From: Phoronis australis | Taxonomy: Eukaryota; Animalia; Phoronida | Direction: 5' to 3' | Assembly: GCA_002633005.1 (NCBI GenBank) | Contig: NMRA01000193.1 | Location: 190,641 to 254,640, forward strand | Length of the DNA stretch: 64,000 nucleotides | Part shown: positions 37,402 through 49,700 of the stretch, piece by piece | Layout of the letters: every line of letters starts with the position of its first letter | Position numbering within the stretch: position 1 is the first letter of the stretch | The notes under the pieces: generated by a model | Seen by the model: only the letters and a program-made list of their open reading frames with translations | The model's database searches: none | Told to the model about the DNA's origin: nothing | Made by a program: the position numbers and the translations under genes

Positions 37402-40400
37402 ATGGAAGACGATATAGACGATCTCCTTGACGAAGTAGAGAACAAATTTTGCGCCAACAGCCCACGGAAAGACAGCAAACAACAGCAAAAAAATCAAGGG
37501 AAAGGCGCGCCACCGGCAAAAGGCAAAGCAAAATCGAACAGGTTGGAACACTAAGCTTTGACTAAGTAAAAACCGGTTTAAAGATAAAAGTATTACACTT
37601 TCATTTTCTTTGACTTAATTGTTTCTTATTGGAGTTAAACATATTCGTCTTAAATTACTCAGTAATCTGGTAGCAGAAGAGGGTTTTTGTTCCGATTTCA
37701 TTTGCGTTGAAGCCAACTTGTTTACATTTATTTTAGTTACCGTCCAGTCATATCCAACCGGACTCGTAATCACTTTATTATTACAAGCCGGGGCGTAATG
37801 AATGAATCTCATTTACACTTCAGTATTTCTGTTGATAAACTCGATTGAAATTGCTGTTCCTACAAAATTCACATTCATGACTAAGAGTTGAACAGACTAT
37901 TTTGAAGTCGAATTTGAGAATTGTAGTCGAGGGACTTCAACACCCCACCCTAGTTGGAAACTGGAAAGGTATCGCTTTAAAACCTGACCCCAACAAATTT
38001 TCCCAAAACTATAGACTCTTCATTAAAATATTCTCCACATGGTCAAAATCATACCCTTAAGGTCTAATTCCTGTGATCGTTTTACGTATAATTTTGTTGA
38101 ATCAGTCGTACCTAAGTTCATGACGGCGACATCTCATTGCTCCCAACTTGTTCGATTCTATAGCCCAACAACAAGTTGGGAAGTTTACCCCCATAGCCAA
38201 TATCCTACACGACTAATTAATTCCATTCTGGCATTTATGGTTGGAGGGCCTGTGCTCTTTTGTTTGATAAGTGCCCCAATATCCGATCAGATCGTATCTA
38301 GCCTGACTGGGCTTCGCTGATAAAAATAAAAGTTAAGTTATAACATATTTGAGCTTAAACCAATAGCATTTCTGAATTCCTCATCAAATGCTGATCATTT
38401 TTCATTTTTGAATCACCAAAATCGCCCAACTACAACAGAAGTTAAGACAATCTATTTTGTCCAAACGGATTACCAATGCCGCACTGGGTTTGACTGTGTT
38501 CCTAGGCGTTCAGTAATAGGGTGCAACCACCATACGTTTCCTTTGAAGCCTGGGAGATAATTGGCCTGCTTGTTATCATACGGGACAAAAGACTGTGCTG
38601 GGCAGTTAACAAAAGAGCCAGATGTTATCGCACATTCAGCACCCCTCACGTCTGGAAAAGTTACTGAATGATAGAACCCTGTAATGTCTAGGGACTGCCC
38701 CCCATGGGATTGAATGGCCTTCCCCTTAAGCCAACATTAACCTAAATAGTAGTAGCGTACCTGTGAAGTGTTCTCTTATTGTCTTAAATGGGGTCTTTCC
38801 TGATATACACGTAAATATGAAGTAGAGGTGACTAACTCAAACTATAAAATCAAGTTTGATATGCAAATCTTCCAATTGAAACAGCCAGTGAACTTCATTC
38901 ACTGAGTTCATCTTAATTCTATCATACTGATGTAATTAGGAATGCTAAAGGTTGCACCCCAAAACATGAACCAAAACAATGTTTTTTAAGCATAGCAGTG
39001 CACAATGGTTTTATAAATCCTATAGGTTAAAATGTGTGTTTATTAAATTGTTTAACACAGATAAACTGTTTTTCAGAAAAGAAGATGAGCTGAGTGCAAT
39101 AATTGATGATATATGCGACCTCCCTGACCCTATAGTAAGTGCTTGTGTGCCTTTATGTCTTTGTTGAACTTAATAAACTTTCAAAGTGCTGTTAATCGTT
39201 ATGCAGTTGCTCAAAGCGTTAACTCTTGTCAGTGTTTCTGATTTTAAGTGCATTGAGAATTGTGTCTGCCATGTTATTCTAAAACCAGTCAAATTATCCA
39301 TGTGTTTACAAATCCCTTTTAGTCAAAATTCCATAATGTTATACGGTCTGTCTTTAGGATAGCGAAAATCATCAGAAAAAGTTGAAATTCTCGAAATTAC
39401 CCATAGAATGACAAATTTATCCAAAAATGGGAAAATATCATCGTCTCCATAGCGGAAACTCATTTACCAAATTTCATGAAAATCTGCCAAGGACTGGGGA
39501 ACAGAGATTCTGTTAATGATAACACTGCCTTCACTCTTAACTCAAGAAGTTACCTTGACTTAATGTATGCAAACTAAATATCCTGAATGAATTGATTAAC
39601 AAATTAGTGGACATTCCAACATGCTTTTTTACAGGAAAAACTTTCGACTCCAGAGGCTAATAGAGTAGTAACTTCAGCTCAAAAAAGGTAAAGGTCAAAT
39701 TAAGGTTGATGAATTTTATAAAAAAAAAAATTCTTGGTCTTAGTTTAGTGGAGCCACAGTATTTTTCCCTTCTGTTACTTACAAAAATGCTGCGGAATTC
39801 ATTTCCACTATTTAACTCTACCAAGACAGAGACTCTGCCATATGTTCACCATGAGGGGACAAGAAATTGTAGAGTCAACTAGACTAACAGACTGACCCGC
39901 TACTCGATATTTTTTCTTATACAATGCAAGGGACACATGCTGTGGCGAAAACTCAGAAACAGCCTAGACAAAAGCAAGTGCTAAATAGTTCGTTTTAAAC
40001 TTCTTTTCAAAATAACTACTGCAAGCTCTTTTGTACAGTTCAGGCAACTTTTGGATTTTAAGAACCAGCTTGATGCCTTTTATTCATAGAACCTGAAGCC
40101 TGTAAGTGACAAATACAATTACTGACGTGTCGCTGTTGATTGTTATCATGGAACATCGTTTTAGTAAATTTCAAAAAATTTAAACACGTACTTATTGGCA
40201 GTGAAAACTGAATAAGAATATATTTAAAATATAGGTCAACGAATGCCAGTATGATGGTGTCACATGTTGATCACTAAAGGTTCTTGGTGTTATCTTCTTG
40301 GTGGGAAAAAGGTTTTTGTCTTCCTGTATTTTGCCCAGTTTTACTCAATAATATTAGAGATTTGTTTGTTTCTCAATATACTCCTAGAGGGAGATTATAT

Positions 40401-42926
40401 TCATTCATGCGTTAAGCCACCCTACCATGCATTAAGTTGAATGGAAGAATTAAATAAACAAATTATTTGTGTCATGACGGCATTTTGTTAGGTCATCTTT
40501 GATACACCAACATGTGAAATGACTCCAACGGCTACTAGTTCACGGATACTTAGCTTCTTGCTTTTAACAGTCCATTTACACTCTTCTTTGTAGATGCTAT
40601 CCTGTTTATCTCGGAGGCAGTATATGTTCACAGGGTTTAGCCAACTCTAGCAATCAAAGGTAAGAAATGTCATTTTATCATTATGCAAAACTTTACAATC
40701 TATGCTCTTGAGTGACCAACCAGCAAGCCAACCTACCAATCAAGGAATTGACTGACTATCCAACCAACCAGACATAAAATCATCATGTGACGTCTGTATT
40801 ATTGGTGCCATCACTCACACCAAAAAGATAAATGCTTCTTACTTAATCCTGTTCAAGGTGCTTTGCTTTTTCATGAAGGAACCATGGATTTTGATTTCGT
40901 GTTTTGGGCATAAATTGCACAAACATTTCATTAATTTAAATTCATGCTAATCATATAGATAATTTGTTAATGTTTAGAATATTTTTAGCATACCCACTTC
41001 AAAGACTGTCCCAGATTCTTTTGTAGTCTTGGAACTGGTGGTCACTAGTGTGATCTAGACAGTCATGTCATGGTACATCTGTTCGTAGATCCAAGAATCT
41101 GACAAATACGCAAGATTACGCATGACATCACCATGAATTACAAGTGAAGAGCGTGATAATGCTCGGTTTAGCTGCAAAATTCTTCCATCTGCAGAACGCT
41201 GCCTTGACCGTGCTGCCAAGGCAGTGATGAAAGAAAGAGAAGCAAAAGAGCTGAAGTACAGTTATCGAAAGCAGAAATGGTTTCTTGGCGTTGCTTTTGA
41301 TACTCGATATTACAGAAAAATAAATATACTTTTTCATCATAATATACGACATTTGATTACACGCGGAGATAATCTGACTGGATCTCAGTAGTGTTGGCTT
41401 AGGAAGTAAATGCTTCACTGCTGAATAAGTACTGTCAGTAAAGTCTCACCAATGTACAGCCTAGTGTGGCCTGCAAATGAAGTTATTTAGCAATGCTTTG
41501 AAAATACGCTGACTTTCACAACCACATTAGGAGCATTTGAAAAGTGAAAATGGCCAATTATCAATTATTCTTGTCCGAATTTGGGGACATTTTACTGTAC
41601 AGGTATTTATTTTAATTTTCTTTTGCTAATCATCACGATAACTACATACCCAAATTCTCTTCATGGTGGTTTCAGACTATGGTAACATCTTGGCAATTTC
41701 AGACAAAAATAATTGCTAGAACTTGCAATGCCCTTTCTTTTCTTTTTTTTCAAAGGTTTCTCTCATTGATGTGATGCCCACAATTTTTCAAAGCATTGAC
41801 TAATGGTAGCTACAATTTTTGTGTACCTTAAAAATAATGAAGTAGTATTTCTCTTTTTTTGTCAGGTCCTGTGATAAACTCCGCTGCACAGACTGTGATT
41901 TCAAGTGCTGTGTCTTCAATGATTTTGAATGGCATTCCAGTGTCGACTACTTATTTCTAAGAAACAATGTGCCAGACTTTGAGAAGTTACGACATAAACT
42001 CCACCCAAAGAAAGGTGAGTAGTAATTAAGTGTTAAATGCTATAAGGGCCTAGTTCTAATGCAGTGAAAGTGTAATAAAACGAAACAAAACTTTGAATAG
42101 GGTGTTTATAAAAAGCATTTTCACTCAAACGAGCCCAGTGATTTACTTATACTCATTTTTTTTAACTTTCACAGTCAGAAACATTTCGCTCGAATGAGCC
42201 CAGTGACTTACCTATAGAAGTTTTTTTCTTTTCTTTGTCAGTTTCTCAGTCTCTCTATTGGGAATCTTTTGATTTTACCCAAAGTGCGGTGTGACTTAGT
42301 AATTTCAATTCCTGGCTCAGAATGTAGTGTGCAGTTTGCCTCCGTTTATTTGATTATAGTTGTCACCACTGTAACTACAGGTGTTTTGGCATAGTGTGAT
42401 CTGTGTGTGTTTATTTTGTTGGTTAAGCCAATGATTTGTTATGTAGTTTAACTTGCACACCTTCCCAAAATCCTGACACATTTTTTTTCAATGGTTGAAC
42501 TTGAAAGTTAGTATTAATCTTTTAACTTCCACAATGAAACAAACTGAGTGCTTAAAATGGCATGAAAGGGTATTTAATTGTCAAAAACTCAGCCAAGCCT
42601 TTAACTTTTTAAGGTTTGCCTTGTGTGGACAACATCTTATTGCAATTTGATGACAAACCTTCCTTCAAACATGTTGTATTGAAAATATTCCATTGATTGA
42701 ACCCTGATCAAGAAAATTTATTTCACCTTCTGCAGCACAGTGACCTCCGACAAGATCATTTGCATTACATCGTGTCGAATAAAAACTTGAGTCACCCTAG
42801 CTGGTGTGTACTATTCATGTTTCAGGATGTAGAGCGTATGCCTGCCAGTGTCGCTGGATGAATGTGGCAAAACTGATTGATCTGAAAGGGGAAACAGATC
42901 TCAAGTGGGTTTGTGGAAAGCACTGA
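37402..42926 (+). CDS. CFAP418: Cilia- and flagella-associated protein 418 (C8orf37), complete, 188 aa; exons 37402-37541, 39077-39134, 39635-39687, 40594-40659, 41866-42014, 42826-42926
   Basis: MEDDIDDLLDEVENKFC..., CYPVYLGGS, SCDKLRCTDCDF...DYLFLRNNVPDFEKL, GCRAYACQCRW...LKWVCGKH* are the diagnostic C8orf37 motifs. Spliced CDS is 567 nt, all introns GT-AG. Confidence 0.97.
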
Positions 42927-43150
42927 GCTGTCAAGAATGCCAGGAAGACGAGTTGTGTCAACTTTATTTAAAGGACATATGTGGAATCATCAAGACTAGC
43001 TACTTTATTCTTGTTATACATACATGCTTGTCATTTTCTTTCCGTCACATTGTCAGGTTTAAGGGGGCCCTGGGCTCGGCTTACGCTCAGAAAAAAGTGA
43101 CATTGGCATGCTGTTTTAAGGGCTACATAGACACTTTTCCTGTGAAAGTT

Positions 43151-43294
43151 GTTGTGACCCCCTTATGACATACATTCATCAGTGTGTTGTGACCCCCTTA
43201 TGACATACATTCATCAGTGTGTTGTGACCCCCTTATGACATACATTCATCAGTGTGTTGTGACCCCCTTATGACATAGATTCATCTGTGTGTTG
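43151..43294 (+). repeat. 35-bp minisatellite, 4 copies, just downstream of the CFAP418 stop
   Basis: gttgtgacccccttatgacatacattcatcagtgt occurs three times exactly, plus one copy with two substitutions. Confidence 0.95.
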
Positions 43295-46200
43295 CCTACT
43301 TATTCACTTGTAAATGCTCATCAAAATACTGGTGCTGGACAGTGTACTCAGTAGTTGATTTGGAAGGATATCAAATTTATACTTCAGGGCACTCCAAGTA
43401 GTCAGTCAAAAAATTGCATTCCTGTCACGTCTAATTTTGCTTAAAATGTAATGAAAAGATCACATTACAACTTGCAAAGTACTAAGTATTGAACAATGTT
43501 TCCACTGTATTTACTTTCATGTAAGTTTTCTCGTCACTCTCCGTTATGAGGAACAACAAACTGTGGTAGTAAATTTCGTTGGCACTTAGTTGTGCAAGAA
43601 ACTAACAGGAATTGAACATGTGGTAGATTCTTGGGTATTATTTCACATCAACAGTATGCAGATGTCTTGCTCGCACAAAATAGTATTTATTTTACTGAAT
43701 CTGGATACTGAATGAACTAGTTATGTGAATATAATGACCATCTAGTCAGCTACACAAGAGTTTTAGATGGGTGTCTGCACTCAAAATGTAACAACATTTT
43801 GGAAATGCATGTGAGAGCACCCACGAACACTATCTTCACGTTGCTGTTTGTATTTTGTATAAACATGGCTTGGTACGAGTAGATTTTCTACAGTTACTGT
43901 ACATTGCCTCCAAAGTTGTGTGAAAATCCAGGCACGTCTTCATGGCCGATTGAACTTCTCTGTTGAATGTGCAGATCCCTAAACGGATGGACTGGAAATA
44001 TAATCATTCAGCAAGTCAAAGTCTTTCTGAAGACATTGAAAGTTGTGATTTCCTTTACCAGTTCACTGACTTTTAAAAATAGAAGACCCAAGTGTGTTCT
44101 TTTTTTGCTAAAACATCACAAAGCTTTTTATTAGGCTGGAGTTGTTTTCCACTGTTTATGATCAGGTAAGGCCAAGCCTTGCAAATTCTAACAATAGAGC
44201 AGCACTAAGCTTGTGAGGGATTGGAGCTAGGCTTTTGATGTGACAAACTGCTTTCCTGGGGCTCTGAGGTAAAAATACATCAATTCCTATAGACATGTGT
44301 GCAAGCTGGTGTAACTGAAGAATTTAACTTGTGTTTAGTAGAATTTCCAAGTGGTTTTGAAATAGCACAGAGACTGATCACTGTATAATCAGTTGACATA
44401 CAGTCGTCTTGTCATTTTACACTGCACCAAGAGTGAGCGTTTTCTGCAGTAGCTGCTGAACTTGATTGTCCCTCCAAAAAGGTCTGACATAATTCAAGAA
44501 ATTAAGTTAGTAGTAACTGTGCTCACTTTAAAGTGCTGTTTTTGAAGCTTATTTTGCAACTATCTCTCCAACAGAATAACAATTGTTCATGGCAAGGCAT
44601 CACTACAAATCACCGTTATTTTGTACAAACTTCTTTTAATAAAGTGTATCAAGTGTATTTAGGCAATATGACTATTACCTCGGGATGTACAGTTTCTCAC
44701 GTTGAGTGGTGTCGGAGGTTTTGATTTAAAGTTTGTACGGTAACGAAAGATCCAAGTCATGACATAAGGAAGTTGACACTTTTTGTTCTTCTTGGTTATA
44801 CCATGGTCATAGTTGGCATTATCTTTGGCTTTATTGCCCACTCCTGCACAATTCTTATTCTATCTTACTTTAAAGTTGACAACTGTTGCTCCGCCAAAGC
44901 AGCGCTGATTACAACAATCGTTAAGTCAGCTACAGTGACTTTCAGCATGATTTTGTCAGTAAAAGGTGTTTGATCTGCAACTTGGTAGCAAGCTAGGCTA
45001 TCAGCTGTATTAAATGACCCTATATCTAACAAGCCATTATTAAAGAAAATATTTGATGAAAATGAGCCATTTTAATAGCCAATACATTTTGCCTTTTAAA
45101 TTAACAAAAATCATGATCGTAAGACTTCTCAGTGAATTAACGTTTGCTGTGACGAGATTAGCCTCTAGATTGTTCAGATCATTAGAATGCATTGAATATC
45201 TGATTTAATATCAGCCCTGTTTTGCAGTGGTTACTTCATTGTCACTCAACTGGCCTCGTTCTAACATGTACAGGTGTACTTAGTCAATCAGAATTAGCTA
45301 GAAGTGTAGAAGTGTTTAGTCACATGATTACTGCCATGATTGATCACAGAAAATCTTTACGTGTCATGCACTGTGTTCAGATAGTCAATAAATTATGTCC
45401 AATCAAATGAAGGATTGTGTTATACAAAAATATTTGCCCCAGGAATCTGACACTGTAGCATCGAACCATGTAATACACAATGCACCGATACCCCACACCA
45501 ACCCTACTGGTACAAAGTGCTTAATCATATGCTTGAACAAATAAGTACGTGCATAAAAACTGAACTCATTCACATAAATATAAATCATCAGCACGGGTGT
45601 TGAAACATCTGCCCGAACCACTAATCATCCGCATACTAACATATTTGTAAACAGCACAAGCCAAAAGTCTCTGGACAAAATGAACTGGAATTCCACGTCA
45701 TAACAGTTGTGTTGAATTCCATCATCAATGTAGTATTCCCAGGTGACCAAGAATGAAGGGAAATTGACAGGAAAGTTAATAAGGTGGCTAAGCTATTCTG
45801 AAATTAGAATTTTGTCACCCTAATTGTCAGGGTGTTCCATCGAAACAGGAACCCCGGCCAACAATGCCAGAGTCAAAAACAGACTCCCACACCTTTAAAA
45901 CAACCAGCCTCAAAAACACAAACCAGGCATTTAAAACAGGAATCCTGGGATCGGAAAAGAAATACAGACAACTTTTCAGCTTTTCTGTCCAATCCCTGTT
46001 TCAATGGCACACCCCGATTGGTATTACCAATCATTTTTGCCGTTCAAAGAATTGGCCATCACGACACGTAAATGGTAGTCTGTCTGATTATTTTTTGTCT
46101 TGTAGTGTATATGATTCAGTACTTCGCAAGAAGGCTCTATGGTTCATGCTAACCGTTCAAAGTGTACAAGTATGCTCATCTGGTGGCCTTGACAACTTCC

Positions 46201-46709
46201 GGTATCTGACTACCAGTTATTTATTATTAATAATTATAATCATAATGTACACGTATTGAGAAATAAACCGTTCCACAGATTATAACATAGACCAGTAGTA
46301 AGCACACTGGCACATCACTACTCACATCAGTTAATTGTGTGATGTTAATTCTTGCAACAAACGTGCCTTGCCCTGTCGTGCATTTCACTTCCAGCAAATT
46401 AGATGTACTAAGCATTGACAAAAAAGTAAAAATGAGACATTATCTCTTATTTTTCTATTTTTCAAAGCCTGAAAACCTCGCTGCAAATAATCAGATTCAA
46501 CAAATGCTGTTTTACATTTACACAATACAAATCAACAGACAGCCTAATAAACTATTTATAATTTGGCGACTGCAAGAACTTTGATTGAGAAGATTCTTCA
46601 CACATTCTCGCACAGCACAAGACATTGACTATATACAAGAGTCAAAAGTAGGTATCAGTCACACAGTAGCTTCCAGTCTATTAATTCATCTGTCCATGGC
46701 TTGTCATCA

Positions 46710-49700
46710 TCATGTCATGCTGAAAAGGTAAACAAAAGTTCTGTCATTCACCTGAGAACAAAAATTAACAAAAACATAGATTTAAAACACATCACATTTT
46801 AGCACAACCAATTTGCAGAGTCAATGTCAATGTACAAGTCTCGTCTTAAGTCTAGTTTATGCAATATCAATGAGAATTATGAACATTTGCCCAAACATCA
46901 AAACCGAGGAGGCAGTGTGACCTGGTTGATAAGTGCCCGCTTTCTTTACTCGAGGTCGTGGGTTCGAGTCCCACCAGGTCACACTGCTAAACCCTTGAGC
47001 CAGGTTTCTAGCTCCTCAGCTCGGTTTTAACTATATATTAATAAAGCATAAAAATATTTCTAAGTGAACAGTGCAATGGGCCCACATGCGAGGCCTGCGC
47101 ACGTCTGGTACAATGTGTATCAGACCGCCTGCAATTATTTTTTATTATAAACATCAAAACCGATGACGTCTTGAAATAGAGATGACCATCTACTTCATGA
47201 TAAACTGGCATTATGTTCTTAAGTACATTTCATTTATTCCAACGCCAACACCAGGGATCTGCTTCATGAAAAATGAATTTATATTTAAGTCAGAAATTTG
47301 GTCTTAAGTTCTCACTTCCCAATTACAGGATACTTTTTACCATGTAATGGTTAGCACAACACAGTCTACAAATAATTTATTCACATTAATCTCAGTAGGG
47401 AATATTTTCAGATACTTCACTGTGTTTCCCCTGGGTTGGGATAGAAGCATGGTGATGAATGGTCCCAACGGATGCAGAGCGCTGACGCCACAATGCATTG
47501 TTACTGAGTGATCTCAGTGTGTGAAGAGTTTTGATCATTCTAAAGTATTTTAATCACCAATTGAACTAGTTTTAGGAAATGGACACGTCAGGACAGGGCT
47601 TCAGACTATTCATTGAAATTGAATCCTCCGACTCTCTGCACATAAAGAGAACGAAAAAAATATTTGAACCTGTGAAGACCTAATAATAATGAAACTTCTG
47701 GTAAAGTTGTTTATAATATTCTTGCTCATTGCAAATCAGTTGGATCGGCGTTAGCTGGCAAAGCAGACAATTTATTAATCCATTCCATGCAGACGACTAC
47801 CGAGATAATTAAATTGGTGTATGGTTCATTAAACTATTTACTATTTCATGCAATATAATTAACATTGCCGTACGACATCTTTCGTATATGCGAACACAAT
47901 AAAATGAATAAATCTTAACATTTCTCCACCCATTTCAATTCAGTGTTCACTGGCGCTTAGCCTTATTAGAAAACTAATGTCAAGATTGTTGCCATTAATT
48001 TTTATTTCAACGATCTTCCCCCCTCCCATACAGATTTTGCTGGAACAGCCCTAGTTATTTTTGAAAAATAGTTATTTGGAGCGCAAGACCAAATGTCTAA
48101 CTCAAGTCACTTTTCATAAAACAAATCCGAGAGCCTTTGCTCCTACCCCTACAGTCACTGACTGTCCTGACAAAGTTAGTTTTTGGCCACAACTATATTA
48201 AAAAGTTAACAATTAATATTTTTCCATAAAAACTCTACCTGTATTCAAATTGATGATGACTGAAACTGAGTCAATGTTTCACAACCTTGCAGTTGTTATA
48301 TTATCAGAATGAGAATTGTTCCATCCCATGGATTCTCATTCACACCCTTGTTTTAGCTGCATTGTTATCAGAATAAGAATGCATTGCTCTGACATGTCCA
48401 TCAAGCTATCAATGCCAATCAAACATGGTGCGGGGAAATGTAAACACCGTGATCAACCGTAACTATGTGAGGTGTGCATTTTTCATTCTTTTGACAATGC
48501 AACTACTGTTAGGAATGACGGGTTTCATACATCAAAATCAAATATACAAAAACACAGAACACCCTCTCCAACACTACACCCCCCCATACACTACACACCT
48601 CTCAACGAGTGAGTCTCTCATTGTCGTGGTGATAGCACTTTGTTGACCATCGCCCAGTTTGAACACGCTCTCAATGACAGAGAGCTCTGTACTTGTTGTG
48701 TCCAGTCCACAGAACGCCGACCAATCGTTGACAACCATACCAGCGCTGATGAGGTCACTTCCTCTGTTCACAGTTCCAGCCTTAAAACAAATATAAGCAT
48801 TAACCTTTCAACACAAAAGACAACAGAAAATTGTCACATTTTTTTCTTCCAAGAGATTTTAATGCTGTTGTAAATATTCTCGATTTTTCAAAATATTATA
48901 ATATGCCACCAGCTGCTTAAGATTATGTGGGACCTTACCGATAAGTCTTTGTATTTAGCCAAATCTGTACAAAACTACAGACTTTAACTCAATAAAAGTA
49001 TATATTTTGTGAAAGTAAGAATTTGATTATAAACTTTTTACCAATTGATCATTAAATGAGTCGTGTGATCATGCATACTTATTAAAATGTAGCAAAAAAG
49101 AAAATAATGTGCATTGATAACAAATCAACGATATCAATAACTAGACTAAATTTCAGATTTTCCGAGATGAAAATTCAAAAACCAAGTTATAATAGTTTTC
49201 CAAAATATCATGTTGTTTTCATTTTATGCAACTTTAGTTTTTTCATGGAAATATAAAAGTCCTGTTTTTGATAGCCCCTCATGCAAATGTAGAACATTTC
49301 AAAAACAATTCCTAAGAAAACTACACAAAGCACAGTACCTGGCAGTTTCACATGAACACCATCAGCCATTTCTGAGATATGATGTTCTGAAGTTATCCAA
49401 ATTTGGACATTTTTCTAGGGTTACAACATAACCTTAATCACAAGAAGAGGCAGTGAGGCCTAGTGGGATAAGTGTCCGTTTCCTTTACTCAAGGTCACGG
49501 GTTCGAGTCCCATCGGGGCACACTGCTTGACCCTTGAATCAGGTCCCTAGCTCCCCAGCTCACTTTTAACTACTGCAACATTGATAAAGCATAGAAATGG
49601 ACCCAAGTGATCAGTGCGACGGGCCTACTTGAGAGGCCTACGCACTTCTGGTACAATGTGTACCAGACCGCCTGCAATTATTTTTATTTTAACTTTAATC

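Noticed and set aside
43151-43294. 35-bp repeats as CRISPR direct repeats
   Set aside because: Head-to-tail copies with no spacers; a minisatellite.
45100-45195. Minus-strand NLVTANVNSLRS resembling the start of a LINE APE endonuclease
   Set aside because: No downstream QE or GDFN motifs; too short to support.
46908-46985. tRNA gene (also 49443-49525)
   Set aside because: A and B boxes are present, but the cloverleaf is degenerate and followed by a shared body, tail and TSD; these are SINE heads.
47450-47510. C/D-box snoRNA-like pattern (GTGATGA...CTGA...CTGA)
   Set aside because: Antisense to the eIF6 host, with no terminal stem and no rRNA complement that I recognise.
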